DNA of 64,000 bases from NCBI GenBank assembly GCA_015064285.1, contig SVSN01000006.1, forward strand, positions 6,975 to 70,974, in the 5' to 3' direction. Below are positions 27,422 to 34,720 of this stretch, piece by piece. Origin of the DNA: Oscillospiraceae bacterium (GTDB lineage Bacteria > Bacillota > Clostridia > Oscillospirales > CAG-272). Position 1 is the first letter of the stretch. Every line of letters starts with the position of its first letter. The translations under genes were made by a program, and so were the position numbers. The notes under the pieces were generated by a model. That model was not told the origin of the DNA and made no database searches. It saw nothing but the letters and a program-made list of their open reading frames with translations.

Positions 27422-29366
27422 TGAATTCCTCCATATCGGTCATATATCGTCTGGCCTGTGTGGAGAACAGAGTGTAATAAGTACCCCGTTTCTGCATCAG
27501 CTGGCTGTGGTTGCCGATCTCGATTACCGCTCCCTTTTCCAGTACCACAATCTTGTTGGCCACCGTTGCGCTGGACAGCCGGTGAGAGACAAAAATCGTA
27601 GTCTTGTCTTCTCTCAGAGAGTCAAACTGGTTGTAGATTTCCTGTTCGGCAATGGGGTCCAGGCTGGCGGTAGGTTCGTCCAGAATGATGATATCGGAGT
27701 CCGAATAGAACGCTCTGGCAATGGATAGCTTCTGCCACTGACCGATAGACAATTCGATCCCGTTTTCTTCAAAGTACCGCATCAGCGGTGTGTCATACTG
27801 ACTGGGCAGATCGGCAATAAACTGGTCCGCACTGCTCTGTCGGGCTGCATACTCGATCTCGTCCATACCTGCCTCTCTGTCCAGCTGTCCGAACTGAATG
27901 TTTTCCTTTACATTCACGGCATATTTGCCGAAGTCCTGGAAAATAATCCCGAACAGCCGATACAGATCGGTGGTATCATATTCCCGAATATCGTGTCCGT
28001 CCAGATAGATCGTCCCCTCCGTGGGGTCGTACAGTCGGGTCAGCAGCTTGATCAGCGTAGTTTTCCCCGCCCCGTTCAGACCTACCAGCACAACCGTGTC
28101 TCCCGGTTCAATGGTCAGGTTCACATGGTCGATCACGTTCCGTTCGGTACCGGGATACCGGAAGGAAACATTTTCAAACCGGATCTGGTGGCCGGTGTGG
28201 TGCATGACTTTTCTGGGTTCTGTCCGTTCGCCCAGCAGAGGTACAATGGTGATCTTTTCATTCATGAAGGTAATCAGGTTGTCAATGAACAACGTACCTT
28301 CATAAATGGAGGCTGTAGTGGAAATCAGGGTACCGATTCCGGATGCAATAGAATGAAGCGCACCGGTGTACAGGGAATAGTCACCCACCTCGTAGCGTCC
28401 TTCCGTAACCCCTTTGGCAATATACAGAAACAGCAGACAGTTCACCGTAGTGGTGAGAACCGTAGAAGCCATATGCCACAGTCCTTCGCCGACAAACAGT
28501 TTCCGCAGTCCTCTGTAGTACTTTTTGAACGTTTCGTTGTACCGTCCGATGAACAGTTCCGAAAGCCCGAACAGGCGCACTTCCTTGACCATATCCTTGT
28601 TGGTCATCAGGTTGGAATAATAGTTCATCTGCCGCCGTTCCTTGGAGTGGTGGCGCATATAGAAGAAGTTCTTCCGGCGATAGATAAAATTGATCACCGC
28701 CGTAGGAATACTCAGCAGCGCAATAAACCAGGGTGCCGCCGGGCTGACCGCTGCCAGTACCACAATAAAGGACACCATACTGATGGCAGTGGAGATAATG
28801 GTAAAGTTGGCGTTGATGATCTGCAGAGGACGGTTGCCGGCTTCTCTCTTGGCGTTTTCCAGCTTTTCATAAAACTCCGGACGGTCAAAAGAAGCCAGAT
28901 CCACATCCTTGGCTTTGTTCATCAGCCGCAGATTCACATTGTTCACCACCAGTTCTCCGGCGATGTTGGTAACAATATTGGACAGCCGGCTGATCAGACT
29001 GGTACCGAAATTATAGGAAAACCGCAGAATCAGCAGTCCCGCTACCACCGAAAGCTGGCTGGGCATACCGTTTACCGCTGCCACATAGGCTGATGCCAGA
29101 CTGTTCAGCAGCTCCTTATTGATGAAAGCACCTATTACCGGTGTTACCCCATTGAACACGGCCATAAAAACCATGAAAAACAGAATCCACGGTCTTGTGT
29201 CCCAGACAATTCTGAATATGTACAGAAGCCGGTGGAAGAATTTGGACACCACCCGCCACAGATACCCGGGAACCTCCCGCAGAGACTCCGGTTTCGGTTC
29301 TTTCAGCTTTTCTCTTGCTCTTTCCATAGGGCCCATGAATCCCTGAGATGGTCCGCCTCGTGCCAT
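27207..29366 (-). CDS. ABC transporter permease/ATP-binding protein (type I exporter) with His/Pro/Gly-rich C-terminal tail
   Basis: ATG 29366 lies 9 nt after GGAGG. It has Walker A GLNGAGKTTL, signature LSIGQWQKL and Walker B IIILDEPT. The ORF runs about 75 codons past the usual end and into the CotH gene. Confidence 0.85.
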   Translation of the reverse strand: MARGGPSQGFMGPMERAREKLKEPKPESLREVPGYLWRVVSKFFHRLLYIFRIVWDTRPWILFFMVFMAVFNGVTPVIGAFINKELLNSLASAYVAAVNGMPSQLSVVAGLLILRFSYNFGTSLISRLSNIVTNIAGELVVNNVNLRLMNKAKDVDLASFDRPEFYEKLENAKREAGNRPLQIINANFTIISTAISMVSFIVVLAAVSPAAPWFIALLSIPTAVINFIYRRKNFFYMRHHSKERRQMNYYSNLMTNKDMVKEVRLFGLSELFIGRYNETFKKYYRGLRKLFVGEGLWHMASTVLTTTVNCLLFLYIAKGVTEGRYEVGDYSLYTGALHSIASGIGTLISTTASIYEGTLFIDNLITFMNEKITIVPLLGERTEPRKVMHHTGHQIRFENVSFRYPGTERNVIDHVNLTIEPGDTVVLVGLNGAGKTTLIKLLTRLYDPTEGTIYLDGHDIREYDTTDLYRLFGIIFQDFGKYAVNVKENIQFGQLDREAGMDEIEYAARQSSADQFIADLPSQYDTPLMRYFEENGIELSIGQWQKLSIARAFYSDSDIIILDEPTASLDPIAEQEIYNQFDSLREDKTTIFVSHRLSSATVANKIVVLEKGAVIEIGNHSQLMQKRGTYYTLFSTQARRYMTDMEEFNEFTGNNGTEPYERRLGEGHEREGAHTAPHEDRPPHPYHHDPGMPPHGRPDGAGHGGQPFGMPGGGEPAGN

Positions 29367-29410
29367 ACAGTACACCCTCCCCTGTAAAAAGTCATAGTTC
29401 TCATAATACT

Positions 29411-29439
29411 ATTATACCGCAGAAAAGATGGAATGTCAA
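29411..29439 (-). promoter_or_regulatory. sigma-A type promoter of the ABC/CotH operon
   Basis: Minus strand has TTGACA (29439-29434), 17 nt, TATAAT (29416-29411). Confidence 0.6.
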
Positions 29440-29608
29440 AGGTTACCGCCAAGTTTCCCAATATTTCATGGTTTTGCACACATACATCCATTCTACCGAA
29501 ACCATCTGGTGAAAAATTCATAAGAACTATTTACTTTCCATAAAATTTATGATATACTAACCTTACTTTCACAGCTATTTTTCCAAGAATATAAAGGAGA
29601 CTGTCAGG

Positions 29609-31171
29609 ATGCAATACCGTATTTTTTCTGAAAACGAATGGGTATATCCGGATACGGAACTGACCGGCGAGAACACTGCCATTCTCAATACACCCCGGGG
29701 TGCGGATGTGTGTTTTCAGGTACTGACCGATCATCCTCTGCGGGAAGAATCCATCACGGTTCAGTGGACGGGACTGGGGTCCATCGTTCCGGAAGTATAT
29801 CAGCTCATGGGCGCTTATGTGGACGAAAACAGCCATGCAAAATCTCTGACCACGCTGGATTATGACAGCGTCAAAGACTTTGTCACCCGCCGCGCACCGT
29901 TCACGGTATACGACATGACCCGGCCGCTGGACAGCGGTCTGCTGGCAACGGATTTTGCCTCCGACAGAGCGGCATTCTATATCCGGCTGAACGTACCGGC
30001 AGATGTAGAACCCGGTCAGTATACAGGAACTGTGACCCTTTGTCCGGGCGAGGAAAAGCTGGTGCTGCCGGTCTCGGTGAAGGTGTACAAAACCGTTGTT
30101 CCCGCCAGAGAAGAAGCCGGTTTCCATATGATCAACTGGCTGTATTACGACAAGCTGGCCGAGCAGCACGGCGCAGAAATCATGACGCCCGCCTATCGGG
30201 ACATCCTTCTCGCCTATTTCGACAACCAGCGGGATATGCGAAACGATTATCTGATGATTCCCAGCGGTACCCCGGTCCGGGATGAAACCGGCCGTGTCAC
30301 AGATTTTGATTTTACCCATGCGGCGTATGTGGGGAATCTGGCCCTGAAACATGGCTTCCGGTATATTCTCGGCGGATTTGTAGCCCGTTTTGTCCGGTGG
30401 GACGATCCGGAACAGATGCTGCTCTGGGACAGAGAGGTAGGCGTAAGCACACTGGAAGGCTACCGGCAACTGAAGCTGTATTTCACCCGTGCCTGGGAGT
30501 GTGTCACTGCCAACGGTTGGCAGACACAGTATATGCAGTGTCTGGTGGACGAACCGCAGTTTCCCAACAGCCTGTCCTACCGTGCCCTCTCCGGCATCTG
30601 TCGAAGCCGTATGCCCGGCGTAAAAATTCATGACCCCGTGGAAACTACAGAAATCGGCGGTGCGCTGGACGTATGGGTGGTCAAACAGGCTGTATTTGAA
30701 AAGTATCTGCCAGAATACCAGGCACTGCAGGCCATGGGTGAGGAAATGTGGCTCTACACCTGCGGATTCCCTGCAGGCAAGACCATGAACCGGGTGATGG
30801 ATCTGCCTCTGACTGTCAGTCGGCTGCCCTTCTGGATGTGTGTTCTGTATGACTGCCCCGGTTTTCTCCACTGGGGGTACCACTGCCACAACGAAGAAAG
30901 AGAACGCTCCACCTGTTATCGTGCAGGCGAAAACATCCGTTACCCTGCCGGCAACGCCCATGTGGTATATCCCGGTGACAATCGTCCCTGGTACAGTGTC
31001 CGCGGGCATCTGCAGCGTGCCGGTGCCGTGGATGCGGAACTGTTCCGTATGCTGCCTGCCGAAGACGCAAAAGCCCTGATCCGCCAGGTGTGCACCACCT
31101 TTGATCTCTACAACCCTGCCGCAGAAGCCCTGGAAGCCGTCCGCGTCCGGCTGCTGGAAATGCTCGGCTGA
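29609..31171 (+). CDS. DUF4091 domain-containing protein (glycoside-hydrolase-like)
   Basis: 520 aa. The N-terminal pattern YRIFSENEWVYPD...CFQVL and overall layout match my recollection of DUF4091 proteins. Confidence 0.7.
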   Translation: MQYRIFSENEWVYPDTELTGENTAILNTPRGADVCFQVLTDHPLREESITVQWTGLGSIVPEVYQLMGAYVDENSHAKSLTTLDYDSVKDFVTRRAPFTVYDMTRPLDSGLLATDFASDRAAFYIRLNVPADVEPGQYTGTVTLCPGEEKLVLPVSVKVYKTVVPAREEAGFHMINWLYYDKLAEQHGAEIMTPAYRDILLAYFDNQRDMRNDYLMIPSGTPVRDETGRVTDFDFTHAAYVGNLALKHGFRYILGGFVARFVRWDDPEQMLLWDREVGVSTLEGYRQLKLYFTRAWECVTANGWQTQYMQCLVDEPQFPNSLSYRALSGICRSRMPGVKIHDPVETTEIGGALDVWVVKQAVFEKYLPEYQALQAMGEEMWLYTCGFPAGKTMNRVMDLPLTVSRLPFWMCVLYDCPGFLHWGYHCHNEERERSTCYRAGENIRYPAGNAHVVYPGDNRPWYSVRGHLQRAGAVDAELFRMLPAEDAKALIRQVCTTFDLYNPAAEALEAVRVRLLEMLG

Positions 31172-31200
31172 TCTATTTGTCAACGAAAGGAAGTACTGTT

Positions 31201-32661
31201 ATGAAAAAAACACTCATACTGCTGCTTGCCGCACTGCTTCTGTCCTCCTGCGGTCAGACAGCACCGGAGACAGCCCCCAATGAAACCACAACACAGGCAG
31301 ACAACACAGTGGAAGAAACCGAACCGGAAACCGAAGACCCGTACCTCGACACCGTGGAAGCGGAAGACTTCGGCGGCCGGGACTTCACCATGCTCCTGCG
31401 GGACGAAGGCAGCGAAGTCAGCTGGTCAATTTTTGATGCCGTAGCAGAAGAAGCCACCGGTGAGGCTATCAACGATGCCATCTACAACCGGAATCTCTCC
31501 ATCGCTGAAAAATACAATGTGGAAATCGTGGGAGATATGAACAAATCCTCTCTGTCAACGTTGAACACCGCCGTAAAGGCAGGCGACTCCACTTATGACG
31601 CCGCTTTTCTGAATACGTATGACAGCGGTTCCGCCGCGCAGGCCGGTTCTCTGATGGATTACGGTATGCTGTCGGATATCGACATGACAAAGCCCTACTG
31701 GGACCAGCGCTGTATCGCAGATCTGTCCATCGGCGGAAAGACCTACTTCCTGACCGGAGATATTTCCACCATCGACAAGAAGGCCACATGGATTCTGATG
31801 TTCAACAAGAATCTGATTTCCAGCTTTGCTCTGGAATCTCCCTACGATCTGGTGAACGAAGGCAGATGGACCATCGACAAGTTCCAGGAAATGTCCGCGG
31901 ATGTATCCAGCGACCTGAACGGTGACGGGGAATGGACTGTGGACGACCAGTACGGTCTTGCCACCACACCGGATACCGTACACGGCCTGTTCTATTCCTG
32001 CGGCGGCCGCTATATCATCAAGGATGAAAACGACCTGCCCACCTTCGATATGGACATCGACCTGTGCACCACCATTCTGGAAACCGCCGGCAAGATTCTG
32101 TCCAACACCCAGAACACCCTGCTGTCCACCAACATCAAAGGCTCCGCTAACGTATTTCTGGATCTGCGGGACTGCTTCATCGAAGGACGGAGTCTGTTCT
32201 ATGGAGAAGTTATGTTCCATGTGGCGGGACTGCGGGAAATGGCGGACGATTTCGGTATCATCCCCATGCCCAAGCTGAACGAGGCACAGGCGGAATACAT
32301 CACTTACACCAATCCGGCCGGGCCCATGCTGGTGGTTCCCGTGACCACACCTGATCTGACCTGCACCGGTAAAGTACTGGAATCCCTGGCTTCCGCTTCC
32401 CACTACACCCTGACACCGGCTTACTACGACATCGCGCTGAAGGGAAAATTCGCCCGTGACGAAGACTCCGCCGCCATGCTGGATATCCTCTTTGCCAACC
32501 GGGTATACGACCTGACCCAGGCATACGGATGGGGTTCCATGCCGGCCTCCTTCCGGGATCTGGCGGTAAAGGGTTCCACCGACCTGGCATCTCTTGTGGC
32601 TTCCAAGCAGGGCGCCTTTGACTCTGCCGTGGACAAGTTTGTCAGTGCGTTCACAGATTAA
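31201..32661 (+). CDS. extracellular solute-binding lipoprotein (ABC-type, family 1), paralogue 1
   Basis: ATG 31201 lies 7 nt after AGGAAG. It has lipobox LLLSSCG. Blocks TGEAINDAIYNRN, KPYWDQ, SIGG, GRWTIDK and DLNGDG..TVDDQYG are shared with the genes at 39137 and 60995. Confidence 0.85.
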   Translation: MKKTLILLLAALLLSSCGQTAPETAPNETTTQADNTVEETEPETEDPYLDTVEAEDFGGRDFTMLLRDEGSEVSWSIFDAVAEEATGEAINDAIYNRNLSIAEKYNVEIVGDMNKSSLSTLNTAVKAGDSTYDAAFLNTYDSGSAAQAGSLMDYGMLSDIDMTKPYWDQRCIADLSIGGKTYFLTGDISTIDKKATWILMFNKNLISSFALESPYDLVNEGRWTIDKFQEMSADVSSDLNGDGEWTVDDQYGLATTPDTVHGLFYSCGGRYIIKDENDLPTFDMDIDLCTTILETAGKILSNTQNTLLSTNIKGSANVFLDLRDCFIEGRSLFYGEVMFHVAGLREMADDFGIIPMPKLNEAQAEYITYTNPAGPMLVVPVTTPDLTCTGKVLESLASASHYTLTPAYYDIALKGKFARDEDSAAMLDILFANRVYDLTQAYGWGSMPASFRDLAVKGSTDLASLVASKQGAFDSAVDKFVSAFTD

Positions 32662-32680
32662 AACCAAATAAAATCAAAAG

Positions 32681-32718
32681 CTCTCCGGAAACTGTTTCTG
32701 CAGTCCCGGAGAGTTTTT
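32681..32718. terminator. bidirectional terminator
   Basis: CTCTCCGG-17 nt-CCGGAGAG followed by TTTTT, with an A-run upstream. Confidence 0.65.
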
Positions 32719-32726
32719 GTATAGTT

Positions 32727-33923
32727 TTATTCGTCCGCCTGTACAGGATACGGCTTTGACGAGCACGCCAGGGTGATCCCCTCTCCGTTCTCATCCGGGA
32801 ACGGGGTACGGAAGTCACCGGCATACTTTGCTCTTTCCGCCGGATTTTTGAAATCGGGAATATCGTAGGATTTTCCGTCTTCCAGCGCACTGTACCATGC
32901 CAGAATCCCCGCCGCCGACAGAGCTACAGAACGGTATACGTCAAAGAAAGGCTCGTATTCGCCGTGCAGGTAGTCGAGGAACCGCTTGCTCAGCAGGAAA
33001 TCACTGCCGCCATGACCTGCATTCTTTTCGGAGTCACTGCGTACAGCCGGTCTGGCATCGTATGTTTTTCTGGAAGCTTCCCCTTCCGGCACTGCCCAGG
33101 GGTTGTAGCGGTACAGAACCTGATCCTGGTCTTCTCTGACCGTTTCCAGCGTACCGTTTTCGCAGGCAAGCCGGAACCATTTGCAGGTAGGCCCAAGGGA
33201 GGCACAGGCAGTGGTACGGAAGATACAGCCGCTGTCCATTTCGGTCAGGATCACAGATCCCACGTCCCCGCGTTTGGCGGTAGGATACTTCCCCATCACA
33301 TCCGGCGCAAAAATAGCCTTGGCATTAACCTTCTTCGGCATGGTACCCGTAATGCTCATCAGCACGCCCAGGTCATGCATATTGTAGTAGGTACGGGGCA
33401 GATACCGCCGCCAGTGATACCTGTCTTCCGGCGGAATATGAGGAGAGGTGCCGGGGGGACTTACATGGAAATATTCCCCTTCGCCGTACAGCACTCTGCC
33501 GAAGGTACCGCCCTTGTACAGCCTGTCAATCTCCTGACAGCCGTACATACAGGGCACATTGGCGCCCAGCATATATTTCCCGGTGCTGGCTTCTGCCGCT
33601 TCCACCAGTGCCACGCATTCCCCCAGTGTCGGTGCAGCTGTGGTTTCGCTCAGTACGGATATACCTTTTTGCAGCGCCGCAATGGCACATTTTGCGTGTT
33701 CGTGGAAATAATTGCACAGCACCACAGCGTCAATACCGGTCTCCAGCAGTTCTTCATAGCTTTCGCACACCTTTGCCGCCGGCGCAATCTCCAGTGCCGC
33801 CTGTACCAGTGCCGGATCCTTCTCAAACACAGCAGTCACTTCCGCGCCGTCCAGCAGTGTGTAACTGCGCACGTATTCTCTTCCGCGGTTCAGACCCATG
33901 ATACCGATTCTTACCTTTTCCAT
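32727..33923 (-). CDS. Gfo/Idh/MocA family oxidoreductase
   Basis: Trimmed to ATG 33923 behind GGAGAAG. It has the MEKVRIGIMGLNRGREY Rossmann N-terminus. The 195 upstream codons of the ORF are antisense-type filler. Confidence 0.85.
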   Translation of the reverse strand: MEKVRIGIMGLNRGREYVRSYTLLDGAEVTAVFEKDPALVQAALEIAPAAKVCESYEELLETGIDAVVLCNYFHEHAKCAIAALQKGISVLSETTAAPTLGECVALVEAAEASTGKYMLGANVPCMYGCQEIDRLYKGGTFGRVLYGEGEYFHVSPPGTSPHIPPEDRYHWRRYLPRTYYNMHDLGVLMSITGTMPKKVNAKAIFAPDVMGKYPTAKRGDVGSVILTEMDSGCIFRTTACASLGPTCKWFRLACENGTLETVREDQDQVLYRYNPWAVPEGEASRKTYDARPAVRSDSEKNAGHGGSDFLLSKRFLDYLHGEYEPFFDVYRSVALSAAGILAWYSALEDGKSYDIPDFKNPAERAKYAGDFRTPFPDENGEGITLACSSKPYPVQADE

Positions 33924-33969
33924 ACTTCTCCGTCCTTTCTGTTCCCGGAAAAACCGGATTCTTAATGAC

Positions 33970-33998
33970 AGTATACACAAAACCGGACCCATTGTAAA
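33970..33998 (-). promoter_or_regulatory. sigma-A type promoter of the oxidoreductase gene
   Basis: Minus strand has TTTACA, 17 nt, TATACT. Confidence 0.5.
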
Positions 33999-34100
33999 TA
34001 GAAAACGGAAAAAATACAATATTTTCCCAAGCAGATACTGTATATCCGAACCGCTTCCGGCACATCCTACAGGTATCTCTGTACAGAAAGGAGAACAAGG

Positions 34101-34580
34101 ATGGAACACAGAAAAACAGCGTACCCGGATCCCTTTCAGGAAAAACTGGAATCCTCTCAGGAACTGCTGGCGGAAATTCACAGGAACCTGACTATGGGTT
34201 CGGAAAACCTGACAAACGTGCTGCCCAAAGTCAGAGACAAATTCCTGACCCGGGAGATCACCTTTCAGCTGGAGGAATACGCCGCCCACACCCGGCAGGC
34301 AGTCTCGCTCATGTCGGAATACGGCGTCACCCCGGCCAAAACCAGTTTCATGAAATCCCTCATGTCCAAGGGCGGCATTGCGCTGAACACCCTGATCGAC
34401 CCTTCTGACGGCCACATTGCCGAGATGATCCGCCGGGGTACCAATCTGGGCGCATCGCAGCTTGCCAAAACCGTGGACCGTCTGGCCTATCGGGGCTGTG
34501 ACGACCATGTAGTCCAGTTCGGCCGCTCCGTAGTGGATTTCGAACGCACAGGCGCCGACCGGGCGGGAGAGTTTGTCTAA
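34101..34580 (+). CDS. hypothetical helical protein (159 aa)
   Basis: AGGAG lies 7 nt before the ATG. No recognised domain. Confidence 0.65.
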   Translation: MEHRKTAYPDPFQEKLESSQELLAEIHRNLTMGSENLTNVLPKVRDKFLTREITFQLEEYAAHTRQAVSLMSEYGVTPAKTSFMKSLMSKGGIALNTLIDPSDGHIAEMIRRGTNLGASQLAKTVDRLAYRGCDDHVVQFGRSVVDFERTGADRAGEFV

Positions 34581-34611
34581 GTAAGAAGTAAGAGGTCAGA
34601 AGTAAGAAGTA
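34578..34611 (+). repeat. heptad TAAGARR array, left arm of site B
   Basis: TAAGTAAGAAGTAAGAGGTCAGAAGTAAGAAGTA starts with the gene's own stop codon. TAA occurs at 34578, 34582, 34589 and 34603, covering all three frames. Confidence 0.65.
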
Positions 34612-34617
34612 TCAACG

Positions 34618-34687
34618 GACAGCAGAGCGGTTTTCCGGCTGACAGAATGATGCAACTGTCTGCCCAAGCACCGCTCTGCTGTCTTTT
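34618..34687 (+). terminator. large-loop hairpin plus T-run between convergent genes
   Basis: GACAGCAGAGCGGT (34618-34631) pairs perfectly with ACCGCTCTGCTGTC (34670-34683), followed by TTTT. The 38-nt loop has an inner 5-bp stem. Confidence 0.55.
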
Positions 34688-34689
34688 CG

Positions 34690-34720
34690 TTACTTCTTAT
34701 TTCTTATTTTATACCTCTTA
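34690..34720 (-). repeat. heptad TAAGARR array, right arm of site B
   Basis: Minus strand reads TAAGAGGTATAAAATAAGAAATAAGAAGTAA, starting with the stop codon of the ATPase gene. TAA occurs in all three frames. Confidence 0.65.

Noticed and set aside
33924-34508. 195-codon N-terminal extension of the Gfo/Idh/MocA ORF.
   Set aside because: The Rossmann N-terminus MEKVRIGIMG with GGAGAAG upstream marks the real start at 33923. The extension runs through a promoter and the divergent gene at 34101-34580.
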